Below, one piece after another: positions 41,023 through 50,292 of a stretch of 64,000 nucleotides of DNA (position 1 is its first letter; the number at the start of each line of letters is the position of its first letter). The position numbers were made by a program, and so were the translations under genes. The notes beneath the pieces were generated by a model. That model was given only the letters and a program-made list of their open reading frames with translations, did no database searches and was not told the DNA's origin. Source of the stretch: an uncultured Gemmatimonadales bacterium (GTDB lineage: Bacteria > Gemmatimonadota > Gemmatimonadetes > Gemmatimonadales > GWC2-71-9); NCBI GenBank assembly GCA_963844445.1, contig CAWJOB010000001.1, positions 27,500 to 91,499 on the forward strand, given 5' to 3'.

Positions 41023-42354
41023 TCAGAAGGTGTACTCGAACCCCAGGGTATAGAGCACGTCGGGGCGCATGCCCCCGCGATTCAGCGGGAAGGCGCCATT
41101 CGCCACCACGGTGACGGCCCGGGGGATGGTGAGCTTGAGCCCCAGCGACGCGTTGATGATGTCGTCCCGGCGGTCGGGGATGCTGGAGGTGCGGATGGTA
41201 CGCCGGAACGGCTCCTCCAGCACCACGTCTCCCGGCACCGGGATCTCGCTGGACCCGACCGGAAACTCCGAGATGAGGTCGGCCGCGAGGGTGGCCCACG
41301 ACGCGAGGAGCTGGTCGAAGCCGGCGGTCAGGAGGAACACGTCGGGCTCGAGCTCGCGCCCGCGGTACTGGTAGCCGACGTTGGCGTGGGGCGAGAAGTC
41401 GCCCAGCCGGGCGGAGATGATGCCGAGCCCGCGAAGCGCCACCGCGCCCGATCCCCGCAAGTCCTCCTCGCTGCCGGTGGGGAACCGCCCTTCGGCGAGC
41501 AGCGCCAGCGAGACCGGCGAGGCCTCGCGCAGGTTCACCTTGAGCCTGGCCGACACGTCGCCCAGGCCGGACGAGGAGCCTTCGACGAAGCGGGTGGCGG
41601 TGAGGACCGGGTCGTCCTCGGTGCCGGCGAAGAAGTGGGGCGGCGGACCGGTGGCGCCGAACGGAACGATGGTGGCGGTGCTGGTGCCGCGGAGCGAGGT
41701 CCGGACCACGGGCAGCACGACACCGAGATCGATCCGGTCGTTGACCCCATAGGTGAGCGCGAACGCCGTCACGTCCACGTTCACGTCGAGGCCGAGGGTG
41801 AAGTCGATCACCTCGTTCTCGAAGGTGGGAACGCCGTAGAGGCTGCAATCCCCCCCGAAGATGGCGTCGCAGGAGGGGAAGTCCACGTTGGAGTGGGTGA
41901 AGACCAGCGGCACGGCGTCGAGCGGCACGCCGCGCAGCGTCTCGTAGTGGAGCCCGGTGCGCGCGAGGCTCACGAACAGCCTGCCCGAGCCGAGCGTCTG
42001 GGCCCGCTCGGCATAGATGGGGCCGGCCGAGATGGAGGTGCGGACCGGGGTGGCGCCCTCGAACCGGAAGGTCTCGCCCCCGCTCGACGCGCTGACCGGA
42101 ACGTTGGCGACGTTGCTGCCGATCGAGTTGGTGAGGAACGAGATGATGGTCGCATTGCCCTCGACGGCGGCGGGAATGAAGTGATCGCCGTGGGGCTGAA
42201 TGCCGGGGTTGTCCGACCCGCCGGACCCGCCGAGGAAGAGGACCTCGTCGCCCTGGCCGAAGATGAAGAGGTCGGTGAGACGATCCTCCAGCGCCTGGGC
42301 GCGGAGCGGAGAGGCCGCGAGGAGGAGGAGCAGACAACAGGGCAGGGAACGCAT
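41023..42354 (-). CDS. Outer-membrane beta-barrel protein, hypothetical
   Basis: It has the signal peptide 'MRSLPCCLLLLLAASPLRAQA' and alternating beta-strand pattern. It ends with the terminal '...LYTLGFEYTF' (C-terminal Phe). Confidence 0.6.
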   Translation of the reverse strand: MRSLPCCLLLLLAASPLRAQALEDRLTDLFIFGQGDEVLFLGGSGGSDNPGIQPHGDHFIPAAVEGNATIISFLTNSIGSNVANVPVSASSGGETFRFEGATPVRTSISAGPIYAERAQTLGSGRLFVSLARTGLHYETLRGVPLDAVPLVFTHSNVDFPSCDAIFGGDCSLYGVPTFENEVIDFTLGLDVNVDVTAFALTYGVNDRIDLGVVLPVVRTSLRGTSTATIVPFGATGPPPHFFAGTEDDPVLTATRFVEGSSSGLGDVSARLKVNLREASPVSLALLAEGRFPTGSEEDLRGSGAVALRGLGIISARLGDFSPHANVGYQYRGRELEPDVFLLTAGFDQLLASWATLAADLISEFPVGSSEIPVPGDVVLEEPFRRTIRTSSIPDRRDDIINASLGLKLTIPRAVTVVANGAFPLNRGGMRPDVLYTLGFEYTF

Positions 42355-42393
42355 GAGTACCCAACCTCCGATTTTCGATTTGTCGCGCGGAAC

Positions 42394-42879
42394 CTAATGC
42401 CCGGCGCTCTCACCTCTCACCAGCTGCACCGCGTGCTCCACCAGCTCCTCCAGCACGGCGAGTCCGTCGCGGACGCCGCCGGGGCTGCCGGGGAGGTTGA
42501 CGATGAGGGTGCGGCCGCGGACGCCGGCGGTTCCCCGGGAGAGCGCCGCCCGGGGGAATCGCGGTAGCACGGTCACCCGGAGCGCCTCGGCGATGCCCGG
42601 CGCCTCTTTTTCGAGAATGGCCCGGGTGGCCTCGGGAGTGACGTCGCGGGAAGTGAGCCCGGTGCCGCCGGTGGTGAGCACCAGGTCGGCCTGGTCGCCG
42701 TCGGCCCAAGCGGCCAGCGCGCCGGCGATGGGACCGGTCTCGTCGGGCACCAGCGCGCGCGCGGCGAGGGTGTAGCCCTTGCCCGCGGCCCAGCTCGCGA
42801 TCGCGTCGCCCGAGGTGTCGGCCCGCTCGCCGCGGCTGCCGGCGTCGGAGATGGTGAGGATGGCAAGGCGCAGGGGCAT
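42394..42879 (-). CDS. mog: Molybdenum cofactor biosynthesis protein MogA/MoaB family
   Basis: It starts at ATG 42879. It has 'LAILTISD', 'DLVLTTGGTGLTSRDVTPEA' and 'LIVNLPGSPGG'. Confidence 0.8.
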   Translation of the reverse strand: MPLRLAILTISDAGSRGERADTSGDAIASWAAGKGYTLAARALVPDETGPIAGALAAWADGDQADLVLTTGGTGLTSRDVTPEATRAILEKEAPGIAEALRVTVLPRFPRAALSRGTAGVRGRTLIVNLPGSPGGVRDGLAVLEELVEHAVQLVRGESAGH

Positions 42880-42891
42880 AGTCGGAACAGC

Positions 42892-42960
42892 GGGAACGGT
42901 GAACAGTGAAAGGTGAACGGGATCGACTTTCCCGTTCACCTTTTACTGTTCACTGTTCAC
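42892..42960. repeat. Long imperfect palindrome built from GTGAAC(A/G) heptads (copy 1), between gcvT and mog
   Basis: The inner stem is a perfect 14 bp, AAAGGTGAACGGGA/TCCCGTTCACCTTT, with a 7-nt loop. It extends to about 30 bp with G-U pairs and one mismatch. The right arm contains the gcvT stop (42957-42959). Confidence 0.85.
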
Positions 42961-44066
42961 GTTTTTCTGGCGGTTCCTTTGGTGTAGAACGGCCGTTTCA
43001 CCACCTCCGCCGGAATCTTCTCGCCCCGGCACTCCACCTCGAACTTGGTGCCCACCTTCGCGGCGTCGGCCGGGAGGTACGTGGTGCCGATGGCCTGGCC
43101 GAGGGAGGGGCTCATGGTGCCGCTCCGGACGACGTCCACGTCGCGCCCGGCGTGGTAGACCGGGTAGCCGTGGCGGGGGAAGCCGCGGCCGTCGAGCCGG
43201 AACCCGACCAGCTTCCGGGTGACGCCGCGCTGCTTCTGTTCCCGGAGCGCCTTGTCGCCCATGAACGGGGAGCCCTTGTCGAGCTTGACGATCCAGCCGA
43301 GCCCGGCCTCGAGCGGCGTGATGGTGTCGTCGATGTCGTTGCCGTAGAGGGCGTAGCCCATCTCCAGCCGGAGCGAGTCGCGGGCGCCGAGGCCGATCGG
43401 CTTGGCGCCGGCGTCGGTGAGCGCCTTCCACAGGGCGACGGTGTCGCGGTCGCGGCAGTAGAGCTCGAAGCCGTCCTCGCCGGTGTAGCCGGTGCGGGAG
43501 ATGAAGCACTGGGCGCCGGCCACCTTGCCGACGTCGAAGTGGTAGTAGCCGATGTCGTCGAGCCGGGTGTCGGTGAGCGGCTGGAGCAGCGCCTGCGCCG
43601 TGGGGCCCTGGACCGCGAGCAGGCCCACCTCGTGGCGAGATGTCCTTGAGGCGGACGTTGGCGCCGCCCTTCTGCTTCACGATGTGCTCCCACGCCCGGG
43701 CGACGTTCGACGCGTTGACCACGATCATCAGCTTGTCGTCGAACCGGTAGACGGTGCAGTCGTCCACGAACGTCCCCTCGGGCGTGAGGATCGCGGAGTA
43801 CTGCACCCCGCCCGCCTCCAGCGCCGAGACGTCGTTGCAGGTGACCCGGTTGACGAGGGCGTTCCGGTCGGGGCCGGTGATCTCGAACTCGCCCATGTGG
43901 GACACGTCGAAGACGCCCGCCGAGGTGCGCACCGCGTGGTGCTCGGCCAGGATGCCGCCGGCGTACTGCACCGGCATATCCATCCGGCGAAGGGGACCAG
44001 CTTGGCGCCCAGCGCCTTGTGGGTGTCGTACAGGGCCGTTCGGCGCAGGCCCGTCGTGGAGGTCAT
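42957..44066 (-). CDS. gcvT: Glycine cleavage system aminomethyltransferase GcvT; frameshifts near ~43985 and ~43635
   Basis: 'MTSTTGLRRTALYDTHKALGAKLVPFAGW' is followed by 'DMPVQYAGGILAEHHAVRTSAGVFDVSHMGEFEITG' and then 'LLAVQGPTAQALL...FISRTGYTGEDGFE', across three frames. Confidence 0.85.
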
Positions 44067-44093
44067 GCGAGATACCCGTTGAGGGAAAAGCGG

Positions 44094-44170
44094 GAACAGT
44101 GAAAAGTGAACAGTAAAAGGGAGAAGCGAATCAGTCCGTCCCGTTCACTTTTCACTGTTCACCGTTCACG
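44094..44170. repeat. GTGAAC-heptad palindrome (copy 2), between argF and gcvT
   Basis: A perfect 18-bp inverted repeat GAACAGTGAAAAGTGAAC (44094-44111) / GTTCACTTTTCACTGTTC (44143-44160) has a 31-nt spacer. The right arm is nearly identical to copy 1 and contains the argF stop (44152-44154). Confidence 0.85.
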
Positions 44171-45078
44171 CTGTCAGGGTTCATGAGTGTCGCCATCAGC
44201 GCTTTCTGGGCATGCAGGCGGTTCTCGGCCTGGTTCCAGACCCTGGACTGCGGGCCCTCGATCACCGCTTCCGAGACCTCCTCGCCGCGGTGGGCGGGGA
44301 GGCAATGAAGGAAGATGGCGCTCTTGTCGGCGGTGTCCATGAGCGCCTGGTCCACGATGTAGCCCTGGAAGGCGCGGACCCGCTCCTCCTGCTCCTGCTC
44401 CTGCCCCATCGAGGCCCACACGTCGGTGTTGACCACGTGGGCGCCGCGGACGGCCTCGCGCGGGTCGGTGGTGAGGGTGACCTCGGTGAGCTTCCGGTTG
44501 CGCTCCAGGATCTCGGGGTTCGGCGTGTAGCCGTCGGGACAGGCCAGCCGCAGCTCGAAGCCCAGGGTGCCCGCGGCGTTGAGCCAGCTGTTCGCCATGT
44601 TGTTGCCGTCGCCGATCCAGGCCACGGTCTTCCCCTCCCAGCCGCCGATGCTCTCGCGGATGGTCAGCAGGTCGGCCAGCACCTGGCAGGGATGGAGCAG
44701 GTCGGTGAGGCCGTTGATCACCGGGATGGAGGCGAAGCGGGCCAGCTCCTCGACGTCCGCATGGTCGAAGGTGCGGATCATGATCCCGTCGAGATAGCGG
44801 GACAGCACCCGCGCGGTGTCGCGGATCGGCTCGCCGCGGCCGAGCTGGATGTCGCGGGAGGAGAGGAAGAGCGCGTGTCCGCCGAGCTGGAAGGCGCCGA
44901 CCTCGAAGGAGACCCGGGTGCGGGTGCTGCTCTTGGCGAAGATCATCCCCAGCGTCTTCCCGGCGAGCGGCTTCCCGGCGTAGTCGCGCCGCTTCATGCG
45001 GGCGGCGAGATCGAACAGGGAGAGCAGCTCGGGGCGAGTGAGATCGGGAATGGCGAGGAAGTGGCGGGTGGAACTCAT
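44152..45078 (-). CDS. argF: Ornithine carbamoyltransferase
   Basis: This intact 308-aa ORF has 'SSTRTRVSFE', 'HPCQVLADL' and 'FLHCLPAHRGEEV'. Confidence 0.9.
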   Translation of the reverse strand: MSSTRHFLAIPDLTRPELLSLFDLAARMKRRDYAGKPLAGKTLGMIFAKSSTRTRVSFEVGAFQLGGHALFLSSRDIQLGRGEPIRDTARVLSRYLDGIMIRTFDHADVEELARFASIPVINGLTDLLHPCQVLADLLTIRESIGGWEGKTVAWIGDGNNMANSWLNAAGTLGFELRLACPDGYTPNPEILERNRKLTEVTLTTDPREAVRGAHVVNTDVWASMGQEQEQEERVRAFQGYIVDQALMDTADKSAIFLHCLPAHRGEEVSEAVIEGPQSRVWNQAENRLHAQKALMATLMNPDSVNGEQ

Positions 45079-45109
45079 GGCGTGCCTATTGTAGTCGCCA
45101 CCCCCCGGC

Positions 45110-46675
45110 CTATGGAAGCCCGACGCTGCGCTGGATCCGGGCGAACCGCCGGTCGCCGCGCAGCCGGTCGAGGCGGGGGTCCAGGCTCAGGTACACCAGC
45201 TGTCCCGCGCGGTCGGCCACCGCTTCCTCCAGCCAGGCGAAGGCCCGCCGGGTATCGCCCCGCGCCTCGGCGATGCCGGCGAGCAGGTAGGGCGACACGT
45301 ACCGGTCGGCCGAGAGGGAGTCGAGCTTGGCCAGCACCGCGGCGGCGTCCTCCGGCCGGCCGTCGAGCGCGTGGGCGCGGCCCAGCGACGCGAGCAGCTC
45401 GAGGTCACCCGGCGCGCGGTCGAGCGCGGCGCGGTAGTGGGACTCGGCCAGCTCGTGGTCGCCCAGCATCTCGGCCAGGAGGCCGAGCTGATACCGCGGG
45501 CCGGCGAGCGATGTATCCGCCGCCAGCGCCCGCTCGAGGCTCTCCCGGGCGTCGGCGTACCGCCGGGTGTACAGGTAGAGCCGGCCGAAGTGCGCGATCG
45601 TCTCCGGATCGAGCGGGCTCAGGTCCAGGGCCCGGCGCGCGTGCACCTTGGCCTCATCCCGGCGGCCGAGGGCCATGAGGAGCAGCGAGTACCAGCGGTG
45701 CACCTCGGGGCTGCTGGGGTCGATGACCAGCGCGCGCTGGAAGGCCGAGTCGGCGCCGTTCCATTCCCAATCGTAGAGGAAGCGGACCAGGCCGACCGTC
45801 CCGTGGGCGACGGCGAGCGTGCTGTCGAGCGCGAGCGCGCGGATCGCGGCGGTCCGGGCGGCCGGCATCGCGTCGGCCGGCCGGGCGCCCTCGGCGGTGG
45901 CCCGCAGCGCGTGCGCGGCGCCGAGGCCGGCCCAGGCGAGCGCGAAGTTGGAGTCGAACTGGATCGCTTCCTGGAACAGCATGGTCGCGCGGGTCGGATC
46001 GGCCGCGCCGGGCCGCGCCATGGCGTGCCGGCCCCGGAGGTAGGCCGTGTAGGCGTCGAGGCTCGAGGTCGGCGCCGCGGCGGCAGGAAGGGGACCGGCG
46101 CCCCGTATCCGGAGCGCCGCCACCACCGACCGGGCGATCTCCTGCTCCACCGCGAAGACCTCGCCGGGGAGCCGCTCGTAGGTTTCCGACCACAGGTCGA
46201 AGCCCTCGCGCACGCTCACCAGGTGCGCGGTGACGCGGAGGCGGTCGCCTGCCAGCCGCACGCTGCCCTCGAGCACCGTGGCGACGTCGAGCCGGCGGCC
46301 GGCCTCGCGGGGGTCCTCGCTCCGGCGCCTGACCGCGAACGCGGAGGAAGGCGCGGCGACCCGGAGGCCGGGCATCCGGCCGAGCGCGGCGGTCAGCTCC
46401 TCCGTCATGCCGTCGCTGAAGTACTCGTTGGCGGAGTCGGGACTCGCGTTGACCAGCGGGAGCACGGCGATGGAGCTGGGCCTCGGCTCGGTCACGATGG
46501 CGGCGGGCGCGGGCCGCGGCGCGCTGTAGCGGAGCCAGAGGGTGACGCCGAAGAGGGCCAGGACGGCGAAGGAGAAGAAGGCCCAACGGGGCGAGACGCG
46601 CAGGAACGCGATCCGCTCGGTGGTATCGAGCGCGGGGGGAGGCTGCTGCGCGGACGGATCGGTCGGGTGAGTCAC
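45110..46675 (-). CDS. Membrane-anchored TPR-repeat protein with TolB-N-like periplasmic module
   Basis: It starts at GTG 46675 with the TM 'WAFFSFAVLALFGVTLWL'. It has 'SIAVLPLVNASPDSANEYFSDGMTEELT' followed by TPR repeats. Confidence 0.7.
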   Translation of the reverse strand: MTHPTDPSAQQPPPALDTTERIAFLRVSPRWAFFSFAVLALFGVTLWLRYSAPRPAPAAIVTEPRPSSIAVLPLVNASPDSANEYFSDGMTEELTAALGRMPGLRVAAPSSAFAVRRRSEDPREAGRRLDVATVLEGSVRLAGDRLRVTAHLVSVREGFDLWSETYERLPGEVFAVEQEIARSVVAALRIRGAGPLPAAAAPTSSLDAYTAYLRGRHAMARPGAADPTRATMLFQEAIQFDSNFALAWAGLGAAHALRATAEGARPADAMPAARTAAIRALALDSTLAVAHGTVGLVRFLYDWEWNGADSAFQRALVIDPSSPEVHRWYSLLLMALGRRDEAKVHARRALDLSPLDPETIAHFGRLYLYTRRYADARESLERALAADTSLAGPRYQLGLLAEMLGDHELAESHYRAALDRAPGDLELLASLGRAHALDGRPEDAAAVLAKLDSLSADRYVSPYLLAGIAEARGDTRRAFAWLEEAVADRAGQLVYLSLDPRLDRLRGDRRFARIQRSVGLP

Positions 46676-46740
46676 CCGTAACTATAGGCCCGCGGATGGC
46701 GGCCTGGCCAGCGGGACAGCGGGGTGTAGGTTACCCCGGC

Positions 46741-49245
46741 ATGACGATTCCTGCCCGTGGTATCCTCACCGCATTGCTGCTCTGCCCCGCCCCGCTCGCC
46801 GCGCAGGACACGACGGTCGTGGTCGTCCGGGCGGCGCGCATGCTCGACGTCTCGACCGGCCGGATGGTGAGCCCCGCGGCGGTCACCGTGAAGGCCGGGC
46901 GGATCGAAGCCGTCGGCGGCGCCGCTCCAGCCGGGGCTCGCACCGTGGATCTGGGCGACGTGACCCTGCTGCCGGGCCTGATCGACCTGCACACCCATCT
47001 CACCGGCGACCTCTCCACCGCCGACTGGATCGCGGAGCCGGTGCGGGGCACGCCGTCGAGCTGGGCGCTCCGCGGCGCGATGAACGCGCGGATCACGCTC
47101 CGGGCCGGGTTCACCACGGTGCGCGACATCGGCGCCGGCGGGTTCTCCGACGTGGCGCTGATGCGGGCGATCGACGCCGGGTTCATCCCGGGTCCGCGCG
47201 TGGTGCCCTCGGGGCACGCCGTCGGGATCACCGGCGGGCACTGCGACGACACCGGCTGGGCGCCGGGGGTCGCGGAGAAGGGACCCGAGGGCGGCGTGGC
47301 CGACGGGCCGGAGGCCGTCACCCGCGCGGTGCGCTACCAGATCAAGCACGGCGCCAAGGTCATCAAGCTCTGCGCCACCGCGGGGGTGCTCTCCTTCGAG
47401 GGCTCGGTCGGGGCGCAGCAGATGGGCGACGACGAGCTCGCGGCCGCCGTCAGGGAGGCGGCGCGGCACGGCGTGCCCGTCGCCGCGCACGCGCACGGCC
47501 CCGAGGGGATCCTCGCCGCGGTGCGCGCCGGCGTGACGTCCATCGAGCACGGGACCATCCTGACGCCGCAGGTGCTCGCCGCGATGCGGGAGCGAGGCAC
47601 CTGGCTGGTGCCGACGCTCTACGTGCGCGACGCGATCCGCCGCGACCTGCTGCCCGCGCCGATCCGGGCCAAGATGGACCAGGTCACCCCGCTGATGGAC
47701 CAGAGCTTCCGGCTGGCGCTCAAGTCGCGGGTGAAGATCGCGTTCGGCACCGACGCCAGCGTGTATCCCCACGGGCAGAACGCGCGGGAGTTCGCCGTGC
47801 GGGTCAGGCTGGGGCAGACTCCGCTGGAGGCGGTGCGCGGCGCCACGGTGTACGCCGCCCAGGTGCTCGGCGTAGACGACCGCGGTGTGATCGGCGTGGG
47901 GAAGCTGGCAGACCTCGTCGCCGTGAGCGGGGATCCGCTGCGCGACATCGGTGCGCTGGAGCGGGTGGTCTTCGTGATGAAGGGCGGCGTGGTGAGCCTG
48001 GCCCAGGCTGAGCGAGGGGGCGTCGCGCCGGCGCCCGCCGCCACGGCCTCCGCGGTCGTGGTGCGGGCGGCGCGGATGGTGGACGTGGAGCGCGGCGTGG
48101 TGGTGAGCCCGGGCGTGGTGGTGGTGGACAGCGGGCGGATCACGTCGGTCGGGGCGTCGGGGATTCCGGCGGGCGCCCCGACCATCGATCTCGGCGACCT
48201 GACCCTGCTGCCCGGGCTGATCGACGCGCACACCCATCTCACCGGCGACACCGATCGCGGGTGGCCGCTGCGGGCCGCGCAGGAGACGCCGGGCGATCGC
48301 GCGCTGCGCGGCGCGCGGAACGCCGGCCTGACGCTTCGCGCCGGCTTCACCACGGTGCGGGACCTCGGCGCGTCCGACTTCGCCGACGTCGCGCTGATGC
48401 GCGCGATCGACGACGGCTGGGTGCCGGGACCGCGGGTGATCCCGGCCGGTCACGCCATCGGCATCACCGGCGGGCATTGCGACGAGACCGGCTGGGCGCC
48501 GGGCGTGCTCCGTCGCGGGGTCGAGCAGGGCATCGCGGACGGGCCGGACGGGGTGACGGCCGCGGTCCGGCACCAGGCCAAGTACGGCGCCAAGGTGATC
48601 AAGATCTGCGCGACGGCCGGGGTGCTCTCGCACGACGCGACCGTGGGCGCCCAGCAGCTCTCCGACGCCGAGATGGAGGCGGTGGTGGAGGAGGCGGTGC
48701 GGCACGGGCTCCGGGTGGCCGCGCACGCGCACGGGGCCGAGGGGACCGTGGCCGCGATCTCGGCGGGGGTGAACTCGATCGAGCACGGCTCCATGCTCAA
48801 CGACGAGGCACTGGCGCTGATGAAGGAGCGCGGCACCTGGCTGGTTCCGACCACGGGGCTGCGCGACATCGAGCTGCCGGATCTGCCGCCGGCGATCCTG
48901 GCCAAGCGGCGCTCGATCGCCACGGTGGCGAAGGAGAGTCTCCGCCGGGCGATCAAGGCGGGGGTGAAGATCGCGCTGGGGACCGACGCGGGCGTGCTGC
49001 CGCACGGCACCAACGGGCGCGAGGTGGCGGCGATGGTGGACCGGGGCATGACGCCGGTGGACGCGCTCCGGGCGGGCACCCTGGGCGCGGCCGAGCTGCT
49101 CGGAGTGAGCGACCGCGGGGTGATCGCGGCGGGTAAGCTGGCGGACCTGATCGCGGTGGAGGGGAACCCGCTGGAGGATCCGACGGCGGTGCAGCGGGTG
49201 GGGTGGGTGATGAAGGGAGGGGTGGTGGAGCGGAGTGTTCGATGA
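46741..49245 (+). CDS. Secreted tandem (duplicated) amidohydrolase-family protein
   Basis: It has a signal peptide 'MTIPARGILTALLLCPAPLAAQ' followed by two complete amidohydrolase units (~46810-47990 and ~48050-49245). Each unit has 'HTHLTGD', 'AAHAHG', 'SIEHG' and 'GTDA'. Confidence 0.85.
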   Translation: MTIPARGILTALLLCPAPLAAQDTTVVVVRAARMLDVSTGRMVSPAAVTVKAGRIEAVGGAAPAGARTVDLGDVTLLPGLIDLHTHLTGDLSTADWIAEPVRGTPSSWALRGAMNARITLRAGFTTVRDIGAGGFSDVALMRAIDAGFIPGPRVVPSGHAVGITGGHCDDTGWAPGVAEKGPEGGVADGPEAVTRAVRYQIKHGAKVIKLCATAGVLSFEGSVGAQQMGDDELAAAVREAARHGVPVAAHAHGPEGILAAVRAGVTSIEHGTILTPQVLAAMRERGTWLVPTLYVRDAIRRDLLPAPIRAKMDQVTPLMDQSFRLALKSRVKIAFGTDASVYPHGQNAREFAVRVRLGQTPLEAVRGATVYAAQVLGVDDRGVIGVGKLADLVAVSGDPLRDIGALERVVFVMKGGVVSLAQAERGGVAPAPAATASAVVVRAARMVDVERGVVVSPGVVVVDSGRITSVGASGIPAGAPTIDLGDLTLLPGLIDAHTHLTGDTDRGWPLRAAQETPGDRALRGARNAGLTLRAGFTTVRDLGASDFADVALMRAIDDGWVPGPRVIPAGHAIGITGGHCDETGWAPGVLRRGVEQGIADGPDGVTAAVRHQAKYGAKVIKICATAGVLSHDATVGAQQLSDAEMEAVVEEAVRHGLRVAAHAHGAEGTVAAISAGVNSIEHGSMLNDEALALMKERGTWLVPTTGLRDIELPDLPPAILAKRRSIATVAKESLRRAIKAGVKIALGTDAGVLPHGTNGREVAAMVDRGMTPVDALRAGTLGAAELLGVSDRGVIAAGKLADLIAVEGNPLEDPTAVQRVGWVMKGGVVERSVR

Positions 49246-49624
49246 GGGAGAGGAGGGGTGTTACGGTGGGTTTGTCTATCCCAAAGCCTAGTGGCTACCC
49301 CGGCGAGCGCATTTCTTCGCCTTCCCTGGAATTAGGGGGAGAAGTTTACCAGGATGCTCGGCCGGAAGTGTCGGAATCGCGAAGCTCCGAGATCCTCTTG
49401 CCAGTATTCACTGATGCCCCTCACTTGCAGGTTCTACTTGCCCCCGGTGATCTCATGGACCCATGTGGTATGGTGCGCGAACTATCGCTCGATCAGCCTC
49501 TGATAGGTGTCAGTGCCCAGGTCGTCACGGTCTTCTTTGACCTCCCACTGCAGCAGGCATATGTTAACCCCTGCCTACCATCAATCATCACGCAGTCCCC
49601 GCGTCGCCCCTAACACGGGAGGGT

Positions 49625-50107
49625 ATGATGCCACGCTTCGCCTTTCTTTGCTGCGCGGCCGTCCTCGTTGGCTGCACCAAGTCCGAGGACCGAGCCGTCG
49701 ACGACCAAACTGCGATGGATACGGCGGCGGCACCCGAAACGCCGGCAGTGCCCGCCACGATCTCACTCGCCGATGTTGCTGGCAAGTGGAAGGTTCGTTC
49801 GACCGATGAGGCCGGAGGGAACGTGGTCGAGACGGAGTTGGTCGCTACCGCCGACACCTCGGGTTGGACTATGACCTTCCGAAACCGGAAACCCGTTCCG
49901 GTGCACGTCGTCGCGGTAGCGGGTGATAGCATCGTCACCGAGGCAGGTCCGTACGAGAGTTTTATAAGCAAGGGCGTCCAGGTCACAACACGCACCGTGA
50001 ATCGCCTTCAGGATGGCAAGCTCGTGGGCACAATCGAGGCTCGGTATGCGACGAAAGCCGGAGACTCGGTAGCCATTCGGCCGACTGAGGGAACGCGCGC
50101 CCCATAA
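49625..50107 (+). CDS. Lipoprotein, hypothetical
   Basis: It starts at ATG 49625 with the lipobox 'AAVLVGC'. The ORF is an intact 160 aa. Confidence 0.55.
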   Translation: MMPRFAFLCCAAVLVGCTKSEDRAVDDQTAMDTAAAPETPAVPATISLADVAGKWKVRSTDEAGGNVVETELVATADTSGWTMTFRNRKPVPVHVVAVAGDSIVTEAGPYESFISKGVQVTTRTVNRLQDGKLVGTIEARYATKAGDSVAIRPTEGTRAP

Positions 50108-50292
50108 CGGCGACGCCGGGATGCCTCCCGGCACTTGCAGGGTTCTTCCGCGGCCGGACCGTCGTAAAGCTCACCATCCGCGGCTCGCTGGAATTCGACA
50201 CAGAAGCTCGCACGCCTTGAAGGGTTAGAAATGAGCAGGATGTTCAGGGAAGGTTGGTGCTGAACGGCCGAGCCGGTGTGCGGTCCAGAGGA

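Noticed and set aside
44067-44151. A glycine riboswitch upstream of gcvT.
   Set aside because: The leader consists of the GTGAAC-heptad palindrome. I see none of the conserved GGAGAG / CACCG-type glycine aptamer cores.
49203-49613. A 136-aa plus-strand ORF bridging the amidohydrolase 3' end and the low-GC spacer.
   Set aside because: It starts inside the amidohydrolase gene in another frame. It has no RBS and no recognisable motif, and its composition changes midway. It is likely spurious.
49417-50150. A 14-15-nt direct repeat, CACTTGCAGG(G)TTCT, on both sides of the lipoprotein gene 49625..50107. This could be a target-site duplication or att-like repeat.
   Set aside because: The repeat is short and imperfect. 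There is no mobility gene between the copies, and matches of this length are expected by chance in a 64-kb window.
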